A DNA stretch of 61,869 nucleotides, counting the filler, from Choristocarpus tenellus KU-1152 (lineage: Eukaryota; Protista; Phaeophyceae): assembly GCA_964200185.2 (NCBI GenBank). It is 11 parts of 11 records of this genome, joined end to end, with 100 filler letters (N's around TTAATTAATTAA, not from the genome) between each part and the next. Parts side by side here need not be neighbours in the genome. Positions count along the whole stretch, not along the records: positions 36,257 to 42,132 come from CAXNAD020009537.1; positions 42,233 to 48,777 come from CAXNAD020007893.1; positions 48,878 to 54,278 come from CAXNAD020010906.1; 8 more parts are not named here. One strand, given 5' to 3'. Positions 36,893-49,395 of this stretch are shown here, piece by piece. The position numbers and the translations under genes are program-made. The notes below the pieces were generated by a model. It was not told where the DNA came from. It did not search any database and was given only the letters and a program-made list of their open reading frames with translations. Every line of letters starts with the position of its first letter. Position 1 is the stretch's first letter.

Positions 36893-39800
36893 CGTTTTTG
36901 ACGTTTTCCTCTCCGCTTTGAAGGGTCCACCAAGAGCAAAGCCCTGACACAGTTGAGAGGAAGATGGATGCGTGTGGGGGGGGGGCGTGAATGTGCAGTA
37001 GGTGGGGAAGACAGGGGTCTTACGGTGTTGCAAGACACTGAATGACTTTAACAGTCGTGACCAGTTCCTTGGTTAGTACAGAGATATTTGACGGTCAATG
37101 CAAATGAAGTAGTTACGTAGACTGAAGTCTAGTGCTAGGTTTGAGGTCAGGGATTGAATACATGGACATGGCTGAGGAAGGGGGGTTACCGCACACGGAA
37201 CACTCGTCAAGGTATGGATGGAGAGTGATAGCACGATTGGGCGGGAGCAAACGTAGGACCGAGGGGAGATTTTGGCAGGCCTTGGTTGGAGTCTGCCGAT
37301 GCCGTAACCGACGACCTCGACGGTTCATTTTTCTCCTTCAGGGAAAGGGTAAGGAATGACTGTGGTAGCTGCAACAATGATGGGTATTGCGAAAACTCAC
37401 CACACTAAGACGGAAAGAAAAAGGTTTTGTGTGGATAGCGTAAGAGAGCATAGTACGTCTAGAACAAGAAAGGTCAGGGTAACAAGAAATGATCTTCAGT
37501 GGGAGTTAAGCAGATGGAAAATTCTTCCAGGATGGGGTGGGGATATACTGTTGTGGTGGGCACTGCATCTAGCTCATTTGGGGTATCCAAGACGAGAAAC
37601 ATGTGCCGACATGGAACATGAAAGATGGAATTGTCAAAGAAGAAAAGTGTAAAAGGTAAACTACAATGCATCGGGAGAAACGAATCCTAACGCATGGTAG
37701 GAGTGGTAAGGCGCATATGGGGGAGGGAAGGTGCTACTCAAGGAGGATATGCTGCACGAACACCTTCTACCGACAATTGAGTGTATGTTGGAAAAAGGGC
37801 AGGAGTAGTTTGAGCTGACAAGAGAGAATGAGCAATATGATGAATCCAAGGGAATATTCAGCATACAGTAAGCTCGACGCGTAATATCATTGCGTCGAAA
37901 CATCTTCCTTCTAAGAACACCAGTCTCAACAAGTGTTGCGTCGCCAACCCACCTTCCTCAAAGGTGGCTTGTTGAAACCTCCAGTTGACCACCAGGTTCA
38001 ACCAATGGTTACAGATCTAGAGCCCAAGGTTTGCAAGAAAATTACCAAGAGTGTCCTTCCCAGCGACAGGGAGGGAAGCTGGAGGGAGATGGACCCACGT
38101 CCAAATGGGACAGGCAGGGAAACGTTCAATGAAGTTTTGAAAATGTGACCGACTACACAACATTTCTTACACTTTCGCAGCCGGTAACAGGAAACATTAT
38201 TTGAAAATGAAAGATCGAGATGAACGAAAACCAAAAGAACTCACTGTTATGACAGGAAAGATGTATTGCATCCCCACACATATCGACATATCGAGTAACT
38301 CGTTGATCGCTTTCGCAAACACCCTTCGATTCATGACAGCTGCGCCGCGAATCCCATGCGTGCGTGAGAGCTAAGAAATATCGTCCATGGTGGTAGCACT
38401 GTGGTATTGACATTTTTGTACCACTACTTCCATTCACCTGATCAAGTTGAACAATACACTAGTTTAACATGGCTTGGCAAAGGGGTGGTGGAGATACAGG
38501 ACGAAAGGATGGAGGAGGAAGGGGAAGTGGAAGGAGCCCACTGCTTGACCGTGATGAATTTCAGCTGCTGGGTCGTCTCTGGCCATCGTATTTTCCAGAC
38601 GAGGTGCGACCCCTTCATATTCGATCAAGATATACAACAGTTGGAGACCTCGTTGCCGCTGGACATGCACCTGTTCACTTCCACATGTGTCTTATTCTTG
38701 CGACATTGCTTTGTTCCTTGCTCTTCTTTTATATCTCGACACTGCCTCTTGTTGAGAACGATATGGCTATATCCTCGTGATGTTGGGTGGTGTACTTTAT
38801 TTTCCTGCCCTTCAGGGTGGTGGCACGACCTAACGGTAACCTTATTGTCATCTCCTTTATTCCACCGGAAATAACCTCAGGAAGACCGATTGTACGAAAA
38901 TGTGCACTTAGATGGAGAGATCGCACTTTATTCGTCTCGCAGCGACTTGAAAGGAGCAAGTACAGAGGCTTACCTAACAGATATTTGAAATCAACAAGTT
39001 GACTTCACCAAAGAGATAAAATCACTGCTCCGTGCTTGCACAGTCCCTTTACTGAAAAATTTGAAGTTTCAGAGAGGAAATGTGGGGCGACCCCCTACTT
39101 GATTGAAAAGCTGTCGGAGCGAGCGACGTCGTTGCTCTATAGTGAGGATTACTCTCACACTACATGCCCCTAGTGGTTCCTAATGCTTCAAATACTTAGC
39201 TGGAGCTAGGTCTCAGTGCCTGGCAAGGCAAGCTTGACATAGGAGCAAGAATAGTATTTATTTTTCTGCATACTTTATTGTGGACCATGTGCTTTCTGTT
39301 TCCACGTGCCTCATCTGAAACAAGAGTCTTCCACTCTGGTCTCATAGGGAACAAACATACACATCTCAACACCATCTACCCCTACAACCAAAATCTTGCC
39401 ACATCCAGCGTGGGACCTTAACCCCACCTGTGCTCCTGCAAAGTGCAGGTGATCTGTTGCCTTTTCTGTTTTTCATGCACGGGGCATATTTGTCATCACC
39501 TGGGAAGAGATCGCCAATGAGCTTGCGCAAAATCTCCCTAAGAATTGCTGACCTTTGTCCCTGTAAGAGTACAAGAAGAAATGATGCTGGGGGCAGTCCC
39601 TACCTGAATATAGCGGTTGATCAACTGGCGTACATGACCTCCTCGGATATAATTGAAGCATGATCGTCCACCTTGCATGTACTGAGCATACTCAAGCCGT
39701 AGTCGGTATATCTGGTGGCCTAATACCGACATTGGACATGCATGGCACATATAGGGAAAATATGATCAGGGTTGGGGTCCCAGGACCCTAAACCCTTGGA

Positions 39801-40673
39801 CCTTGTAGGTCTGGAGGAAAGGATTTGAAAATTGGAGCAGGGTAAAGATTTGAGAAACCAGGAGTACAATAAAAATATATGCAACTAGAGGATGATTTGG
39901 GTATATTTTTTTTTTTAGGTGTACATCGAAATATATATCAGATACGTTTTATTCTCTTGAACATAGTCCGAATCCAGCATCAGTGTGTGTCAGGAAATGA
40001 TAATAGTGCTAGCATAGCATGAATAGAGGTGGTGTTGTATCTCTATGATTCGAAGAACATTATAAATACATAGATACTGCATTCAGTAGTACAATTTTAT
40101 CCTCCAGTGTACGAGCATAGATCCTGACAACCTGAACGTGCATGTTTGGTAGTTACACACCCTTGTACATACCCTTGTACCTCCAAAATCACTCGAAGGC
40201 AAAGAGGTTCTGTGATACTCCTCACAAGACACGGGCACCTTGCTTCTCCGGGGCTGGTGATGCTAGGCAGCACCAGCCACCTGTAGCAAACCCTCCCTTG
40301 GCAGGCTGGCTCCAGGCCTAATCCTTAGCCCTAACCCTAAGAACTCCTTTGCGAAAGTGGAGGTATCGACGTCACTAGTCAGTCGGAGGAGGGTTCATCC
40401 CGGCAACACCTAAAAATATATATAAGAATAAGATGTTTGAACTGTATCAGGTGGTATCGACATGCCCTGCTGTACTTTGAAAAAATATGCATCCTTTGTG
40501 TAGCACTATATTGTTCTCAAGTGCAGCAGGTGTGTGAATCGGGTGGTGAAAGCAAAGTAATATATACCTCTCTGTTTGTATCACACAATACTTTTCATAC
40601 TTCTAAGAACTGGAGTGGCTAAACAGCACTTCGAAATATTTGATGGTACGTGTGCTTGTAATAACCTATCTTT

Positions 40674-40857
40674 GGCTCAAAGTGTCTGGGAGGGAGGTGG
40701 TGGCTGTCCATTCAGGGCCCATTTTTCCATATTGCGATTTTTGGGTGAATTTGGTTGCATGTGTCAGATGGATAATGTAAATGCACTTCTCCTGGTTAGG
40801 GTCCGAATGGACACCCTGGCGTAGACCCCCCTCCCCCCCCCCCAGATACATTGAGCC
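40674..40857. mobile_element. complete MITE family A (184 bp), TTT target-site duplication
   Basis: ttt|ggctcaaagtgtctggg ... cccagatacattgagcc|ttt. Confidence 0.92.
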
Positions 40858-41157
40858 TTTCATCTTCACTCCCATCTCAGGAGATGATTATGCTCTATTT
40901 TTATTGTTCCATTGTCTAAGGGGGTACAGCTACAAATAGCGATCCCCTGGCAGCATGATAACCCCATTTTTTATATTTCAAAGTAAGTTATACAAGCACG
41001 CCCTGAAGTTTCTGTGTTGATATGGTCCCTTCTCATTCCACTGTCATTTGTCATTTGCAATGATGATGATCTTGCCCTTGGGATGCTACCATTGATCCTC
41101 ATTGGCACTGTATACACCAAATTAGCCATCTTGGCTTTCCTTGGTCAACATTAATAT

Positions 41158-41205
<48 letters not shown>

Positions 41206-42361
41206 AGTCCTTTCACCAACTCATGCCTATCATGCAGCCCTGGCCCGAAGGCATGATGTAGGTCCGNNNNNNNNNNCTCTCCCCCCCTCTCCCCCCTTCC
41301 ATACTGTGGTATTACCATATCTTCATGCCCCTAGGCCTATTCCCGAATTCCAAGTGTTTTTCTCCAAAATATCCTATATATATTTTTGCAAGCTTTCCTA
41401 TGGAATATATTGGAAAACCTGTGAAGTTTTGAGGTCAATTTTTTTCTTACTGCGAATGTTAGACTCTAGGGTATTCATCCTGTCCTTCTCGTACTCTTCA
41501 AGTACACTATTGATAACCGATATTGTGTATCAACACATAGCTCACTTTGGGGCTTGCACTGCACTACCCACATAAATACATTACACCTATTTTTTTATTT
41601 TTTTTGTACGCATACATTATTATATTCTCCTCCCACTTCGCATTTTTATTTAATAACCCATTTTTTGGCAGCACTTCTCCCATGGTGGGTGGACAGAAAT
41701 TCAAAGAATGGGGTGGCACCATCCGGAATGAGTCAACGAGCTCCTGTATCGGGGATGGTGGCCCGGGCTTAAACTTTCCTTTGCCCTTCAGTCAGAGTAC
41801 AGTGGTTGGTCTGCCTGTGAGTGATTTTTTTTTTTTAAACCAAACTAACTAGTAACATGTGTAGGTGTTGGGACATGTGTAGGTGTTGGGACCTGTGTCT
41901 AACTTCGCCCTTCGAAGTGGACAGCAGGACTGGCTTTCAAGGGGGGGGGGGAAATTGAGAACATTTTTATTTTTTTTTTAACGTATATTTTGTAGCAATC
42001 ATGGCTAAAGATGGAACCGGATGGATCATGGCCAGGCGGTGCTTGCCATGACACAGTTCGGTGCAGAGTATGGCGAGAGAGGGTGATGGAGAAGGACTAG
42101 AACAACGGCGTGCAAAGGAGAGATAGCCCTAGNNNNNNNNNNNNNNNNNNNNNNNNNNNNNNNNNNNNNNNNNNNNTTAATTAATTAANNNNNNNNNNNN
42201 NNNNNNNNNNNNNNNNNNNNNNNNNNNNNNNNCCCCTCCCAGATACTTTGGGTCCGAACCAAACTCTTCTAGGTGAATTGCCACTGTCCAGTGGCAACAT
42301 GTTTGTTCATTTTGTCCGAAGACCATGTTCACAGTTCTTTTGATTCTCACACCCCTCCCAG

Positions 42362-45300
42362 ATTGCTGTGCACTGCCATGCTGGCTATGGACGTACAGGT
42401 CTGGTTATTGCAAGTCTTCTAGTGTTCACCAAAAATCTTACAGCTGCACAGGCGATATCTCTTGTCCGAGACAGGCGACCCGGATCTGTGCAGACGGATG
42501 CACAAGTGAGGCCTATCTCCTGTGGTTACATCGTCACTCTCATGGAAAAACAAAAAATTGAAGGCCCTCTGTTGCCAATACTTTAGGCAATTCCTGAATG
42601 TGGAGTGTGTCAGTGCTCAGAGCCAAAGTATCTTAGAGGGTAGAGCTGCGTCCATTTGGGGGGCCAAAAGTCATTGTTACTATTTTGATGTTATTTTGGC
42701 TATCGTGTTGGTTAGGAAGTGTCCATATCCTTATTCTGGACACACGTTTAATAACGTATACATTTTAACTACCCCTAAACGTTTGAAGTGGGAAAATCTC
42801 ATAAAATAACCCATGGGAAGCCAAGCCCCAAATGGACAAACAGGGCAATACTCGTACCCTCTAAGATACTTTCACTCTCACATTCATGTGAAGTGGAGAA
42901 AAAATATTGAAACAAAGTCCAGGCTGGGGTAAATACATTTTTCCCTCTGTTGGTTCATTGGTCAATTCTTTGGGTTAGGGTTAGTAATACTCGGGGCAGT
43001 TGTTAGTTGCCATGCCTGATACCAACCCGCAATAACAAAAATTACACCTCAAACAAGAGTATCCATTACTTCATTGCTTCGTATTGCAGGTAGCAATAGT
43101 TGAGGAGTTTGCTAACCTCATGAGGGGAGTGCGGGTAGTATACCATATGACAGAGCACGCCAAGGTGTCCCTGGGAGAGCATTTGGAGCAACAGGTACAT
43201 GAGTCCACAGTAGACTTCATGGCCATCTCTGCTAAGGACAACAGATCTGAAGATGTGATGCTCAAGAACGGTGCAGCAAAAGTCTGGGCCGTGGACGTTC
43301 TGTCCTTGTGTTTTGAGGCTCTCAAAGAGCATAATCAAAATATAGGGGATGTGTTTATAACAGATATTGACCTGTTGGTCTGTGAGCCAACACATTTTCA
43401 ACAGTTGATGAGTTGTATGACAGGTTTTACCCGTGAGCAGCTTCTCACTTGACTTCTTCCCATGACATATCTCGCCAGTCAACCTGCCAAGGATATATTG
43501 CAAGTGAAAGAACTTCTTAATATGCTCAACTCTCTAGCACGACCCTTCATCCTCATCTTGAGAGTCACATCCTAGCTAAGAGATATTTGAGACCTCCTCA
43601 ATCTCTTTCCTGCTAAACCTTTATTTGGTAGGTGTTTCTTCTCCATGGTGAGGAGAGTGTTAAACTTCGATGGGTGCCAAAACCAGTAGCCTTAGCAACA
43701 AAAATGCTGACTACTCTCGGTGAGTGTTTGGAATTTGAGATGCAGGGCAGTACTTACCTTCTACTGTGTTACAATATCGTATTTGTGCTACAAACCCCAA
43801 AACGGTATTTCCCACTGGAGTGAACAAATTGTAGGAAGTACCAGGGAGTGCACAAACGGCCCTGTGACTGCTTCATATGAGGATAGGCGTCGTCTCAATG
43901 CATCTATACAGCTATGTATTCTTGTCATTCTCTCCAAAATTGCGCAGCATTAAATGAATTGACTTGCTCATGTTCTCTACATGATGAAATTTCTCAGCAA
44001 CAAGATAGAAATATCTTAGTCAGTTGGCTCTAAGGTTGTCAAGGATGATGTGTATATAGTATCTATTGGAGGGTGTATAGATTTTTATGGAGATGGGGTT
44101 GAGGATAGGACTGAGAAACGATTCTGCACAATGTTGATGAGGTCAGCAATATGGCATCATGGCATCATAAGAGTTAAAGTATCTTAGAGGGTAGAACCGC
44201 GTCCATTTGGGGGCCAAAATCCGATGTTGCGATATTGATGTAATTTTGGCCATCATGTTTGGTAGAAAGTGTCATTATCCTTGTTCCGGAAACACCTTTT
44301 CATATAATGTATACATTACCTACTCCGAAGCATTTTGGAGTAGGAAAATATCATCAAAACCCATGGGAAGTCAAGCCCCAAACGGACAAACAGGACAAAA
44401 CTCGTACCCTCTAAGAATCTTTCACTCCAAGTTCCATTCTATGTGGCATGGTGAATGTCACATTTTCTGTTCCTTATTGGAGTAAGTAGACAACCAAGAG
44501 CCACCTCCAGCCCCTGTTGTCGTGCTCGTTTCTGTAGATCAACTAGTCGAGTTTATTTCATGTGGGTAATCATATGATGTGAAGTGGGTACTATCATCAG
44601 TTGGATGTTAATAGACCGAAAAAATGGACAACATCAACAAAGCTCATTACTCCGAATATTCCATTTTTCTTTGAGAAAGCTTAATTATCTATGTGCTGTA
44701 GAACATTCAATGCTGCATTTCACACTCACATGCCCTGTGGATGCTGACTAACTGTCAATGCTACACAGCCCAGAATAATGCACTGCATGTAGCCTTGGCA
44801 TTGGCAGGGGAGCTTCCAACAGAGGGTACAGCAGGGGGTACAGATCAACATTGTTCAGAAGAGACTAACAAGGGTTGTCAAATTGCTACAATGTAAGAGG
44901 AATACTGTTGTCTTGCATTCCTAAGTTTTTCCAGGCGTCCTACTATTGTTTTGAGGTTCGGAATTACTCTCTGTGGGCAATGGAACCTGAGCCCTGTGCT
45001 CAGGCACAGTTGAGACTAATTTCCCGATCTTCGCTACTCTATAATATTGCAGGATAGGCATCACTTCAAAGTGGACATGACTTGACTTCTGATATTGCTG
45101 ACGTGTGCTTTGAAGTTGAACCTAGGCCCTAACCCTAACCCTAACCCTAACCCGTCAATTATGTTGACTTGGTACCTTCTAAACATAGAAGAGGTTCACC
45201 ATACAAACACTTGCTGCATCAACCAGGTGTGGAAGCAACACCGAGTCACTTTGTTGAAGCTGCTGTCGTGCACCCTTCATTGTGGGCATACCGCCTATAT

Positions 45301-48260
45301 CACAGTACAATCCAATTTGTAATGCTCTTGAAGGACCGCTTCTGTACTATCAATGCTATTTCTGATCACTGCAGGTCCGAAGAATATAGAGCACTTGACT
45401 GTGAGAAACGACTACAGCAGGAACTCAAGGTCCTGCAATATGCTTCTAATGGAGATTCATGGGAACCATGGATTGCGCTACTTGACAAGTGCGACAATGA
45501 GCCGGCCTCAGTGAATCCAAGGTAAGACTTGGTTGGAGGACTAATTGAGCGCAAGGTTGTCACACTATACCATATCAACTTGTGCATCTTGACTACTATC
45601 CCAGATTTTTTCAGCTGTAGGGTTCAACAAATCCTCGCACAAGAACTCCACTTCAGACCCTTAGAAATTATTTCCTCACCTAACAAAAGAAGTGATATTG
45701 CTTGGGGGTTGGGTATATTTCCTAGTCGAGCGATTATATCTTCTTAAGTGCAATCATTATCACCTTGTGAAGATCACAAAATTCGTTTTTGTCAGAAAAT
45801 CCACCCGTGCTTTGCACAGTACCGTGCAACAATATCAAACCGACATTGACCTCTTTGTCATTCATTAACAACATAAGGGTAATTTTGTACTACTCAATTC
45901 TAGTAGTTACTATTTTGAGTGAGGTGTTGCTACTTTTTATAATAATTTTAGCGTTAAGAATACTTGAGTTTTTTCAGGCTTTAAGTTCAATATTTGTGAC
46001 CCTTTGTATGGAGGTGAAGATTGCTGGTGCAACAGTTGTACAAGATGCAGTGAGGATCACATTTGAAGAGGGAACTTCCACATATTCTGCAGGTTGAGTA
46101 ACTTGCTGCCTTTTGAATGCTGGTGGGCACACAATGTTGGTAATGTATTCTTGAAAATGCTCTTCAAAGTAGTGTACAAGAATCGTGAATCTTAGCGGAA
46201 AATAGTACAATCCCTTGCAACTAGTAACAAACACATTACTTGAAATGTTATTCTTTCTTCAAGCTTACACTGCCCCGTTGATATTGTGGACTGTTCCTGA
46301 AGGATCTGAACCCCCCCAAAAGGGAACAAAAGGTGTGTATCAAATATATAAAGGATCTAACTTGACCACTTTGTTCTGTGTTTTTTTTTTGTTGGTTCAG
46401 ATACCCTCAAACTTGAGCAATATCAAAACAGTTCATCTCGAAGGATTTGAATGTCCTGAATCAAAACTTGCATTTCTTTGTTTTTCACTTCTAGCCACTA
46501 CTGGTAGCATCAGAGTACCAGGAATATATTCCAATCACCAATGACAAGAATAAGATGAATACTTACTGTTGGGAAGACCTTGTCTTGAAGTCTGCACAAC
46601 AATGTGATGCTTGATCCATCCTCCTTCACCAAGAACACGACCTCCTCAGTATCCCAGCACAGCTCCTACACACCTGGCTGAGACAGCTTCGCGAACCTGC
46701 CTTGACTATCAAGGAGCTACAGCAAGTATTTTCTCAAGGTGTAGGTCCAACAGTTAACTTGGGCAGTGTCAGGCGCTCAAGTTCAGCACAAAAAGTGTTG
46801 TGTCTTCGTGATGCAAGCTGTGACCTAAATGATGGAGAAAAGCATGGAGGTAACTAGTGTTCTATGCACTACAACTCGTACTGTTTGGCCCTTGAATCAT
46901 ACACGGCAACACATCTACTGAGGTAGATTAAATCTTAGATTGCTTGAATAGTGACGAGTTCAATGCTAAATTGCAAATTTTGCATATCTTTTCAAATGCG
47001 AACTTTGTCTCTCTACTCAACAACATGTGTTAAAGATCCATTCTACTGGTTCAACCTCCTACCTGTGGGGCAGTTGAGGCTAATGGAGACAATAGTTTTG
47101 TGCCTCCGAAATATCAAGGGGTGTCTAGGAACCAAACCTGATGCTGAAAGAGTCTACCAAAAGGTGCGATTGCCCGGAATGCATCTTTGCAGGGAGATTC
47201 TAAGGGGTATGTTAGAACACCTGGATACAATAGTTGTTAGAGAATGTTGCGTAGCACTGACAAAGAGGACCAATTCACAATAATACTACAGCTTGGCCTA
47301 CCTCATCGCTACACCTTTTCCCTATTCGTGTGTGCTCTAGGCATGTTTGTGGACAGCAATTTCTCTCTTCCAGCTTGATACAACCCACGCTGCACTTCTT
47401 GATGGACAAAGTCTCTCCTCAAGTATTGAATCAATCTTGGAGGATGAGCAAAGGTCCTGCAGAGGTAACGATACTACGAGGAACAACAAGCTTGAGGTGG
47501 AGAAAGTGTGCATCCCTGAGCAATGCACAGTTTCTCCCGAAAGAAGAGTACGCAACAGGAATGAGCAAAACAGTTTTAATGAAAACAATGGACAGGGGAC
47601 ACCTGGCATTATGAAAGAAGATGTAAGGTTTGCTTTACGGGTGATACACGGTCTTGTGGAATGTTGGGCACCACCTACCTCCTGCAGACCATACTCTCGA
47701 CTACAAGCTATACACAATCAACCTAAGGTGCACCATGGGAACGAGGAGTACTGGAATCAGAGGAGAATAAGCATTGTGCCACCCAGGGTAGGTCAGATGG
47801 CCCACAAATATCTTTCAATATATTTTTCCCACACATCTACTTACTGTTCAGACACATCTACTTACTCCATGATAAGTTTGAAATGGAAATTCTTCGAAGA
47901 TGTTCACCTGTTATGCTACCAAGAGAGGCCAAGCATTTATTGTCAAACTTGTCATACTTCAATATTTGAATTCACCTACATCATTCCATCCTCCTTGCTC
48001 ATTATTTGCAGGACCTTGTCGCGGACAGATCTAAGAAGGATGCCGTCCTCAGCAGGAAGAGCAGCCTGGAGAGGAGGAATGCTGTCACCAGCAAAGGGAA
48101 TTGCACAAAGGGAAGCCTGGGCAGGAGGGAAGTAGATACAAGCATGGAACCTATTCATGAGGGGAAAAGGAGAGCTGATCTCTTCCGTTCCCTCTCTGGA
48201 GGTGTCCAGAACAAAACAAGAGCAAATTCTCATGATAAGCTAGACTTCCTGGTTCCACGG
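42362..48260 (+). CDS. PTPDC1: PTPDC1-like protein tyrosine phosphatase, 5'-partial. Exons 42362-42505, 43090-43194, 43632-43719, 44769-44892, 45375-45521, (an uncertain exon near 45615), 46634-46794, 47074-47163, 47341-47787, 48012-48260
   Basis: Intact CX5R loop IAVHCHAGYGRTG and RRPGSVQT..Q, then PTPDC1-like LEQQVFLLHGEESVKLRWVPK and LLHTWLRQLREP. GT-AG boundaries have compatible phases except across the uncertain exon. Confidence 0.85.
42620..42877. mobile_element. MITE family B in a PTPDC1 intron, TCA TSD
   Basis: tca|gagccaaagtatcttagagggta ... taccctctaagatactttcactc|tca. Confidence 0.93.
44171..44427. mobile_element. MITE family B in a PTPDC1 intron
   Basis: taa|gagttaaagtatcttagagggta ... 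ctctaagaatctttcactc|caa. Confidence 0.92.
45127..45153. repeat. interstitial (CCCTAA)4 telomere-type repeat
   Basis: ccctaaccctaaccctaaccctaaccc. Confidence 0.85.
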
Positions 48261-48558
48261 GTGAGATAATAATCCTGGTATGCCAAGACATGCACAAGTC
48301 ATCTATAGAAATAAGAATTGTGTGTACTTCTCTTCACCTTGCCGGGTAGACTCCTTTCCTAATAGGTTTTATGATGTGAGGAAATTTGATGATCGAACTA
48401 AGAAAATGTTCATAAGTGGCCCAACACAGGCTCACTACTATACCTCATATTCCAATGCAATATGTGAAGTTTCTCCAACTGTAGCAAACTCTCTATGCTT
48501 CAAACTATGATAAGAATGTACTCTGCGCTTCAAAGCGCAAATTGGGATAAAATAATCT

Positions 48559-48728
48559 GCTCAAAGTATCTGGGGGTGTGTGTGGCGGCTGTCCATTTGG
48601 GGTCAATTTTTTCCTATCGCAATATTTGTGTGATTTGGTTGCATAGGTCTGATGGATAATGTAAATGCACTTTTCCTGATTTTGGACCAAATGGACACCC
48701 TGGTGTAGTCCCCCCCCCCCACCAGATC
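48559..48728. mobile_element. MITE family A
   Basis: gctcaaagtatctggggg...ggacaccctggtgtagtcccc. Confidence 0.85.
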
Positions 48729-48877
48729 ACACAAATAGATGTCATACTTCACTAAATGCACTCTTACCATCCTAACANNNNNNNNNNNNNNNNNNNNNNN
48801 NNNNNNNNNNNNNNNNNNNNNTTAATTAATTAANNNNNNNNNNNNNNNNNNNNNNNNNNNNNNNNNNNNNNNNNNNN

Positions 48878-49395
48878 AGGAGTTGAGGAGCCAGGCCACC
48901 TGCTTGTCCTCCATCTCGCTGAGGAGTGTACCTAAAGCTCGTGCCCCAGAGCTCTCGATCACCTCCGCCATGTGAGCTCGAATAATGTCATCTGTTCCTA
49001 CTGGAGCCCCTAGAGTGACAAAACCACTGGGGTTCGGGGCTAGGTTGATTCCCGCTGTAGAGAGGAGCTCTAGTTCCGAGGGCGTAGGTTGGTGGCCCTG
49101 GGGGGGTGCGGCAAAGGTATTGTCCATGTTTAGGTTAATGCCTACCTCATGGAGATTAGTTTTTAACTGCTCGAAAGCAGCTATGGTGATAGGGTTGATC
49201 CCCCTCGCCGAAATGGACGTGTCAACCAGATAGCTCCGGGAGGAAACCCCTTGGGGTCCAAAGACTGATTGGACCTGTTGCAAGGCCTTGTGTATTGCCA
49301 TGCAATCTAAGAGAGGGCCCAGTGAGTCTCCCTGTTGGGCCCCAGATCTCGATGGCAGAATCTTCATCCCTCCCTCATCTAGGGGGGAAATTAGA
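48878..49395 (-). mobile_element. CRE-clade non-LTR RT core fragment
   Basis: SGAQQGDSLGPLL, SYLVD (YLDD mutated), GINLN, GFVTLGAPVGTDD, DKQVAWLL. Confidence 0.92.

Noticed and set aside
40530-40557. Possible upstream PTPDC1 micro-exon (VCESGGESK)
   Set aside because: It is on a different contig, and none of the other expected N-terminal motifs were found.
46494-46633. In-frame TGA read-through or selenocysteine in PTPDC1
   Set aside because: An acceptor at 46633 (pyrimidine tract plus AAG) explains it more simply by placing the TGA in the intron.
47788-48135. 3' part of the 262-aa ORF as coding
   Set aside because: It reads through a donor at 47788 into intron sequence, and the next exon is in another frame.
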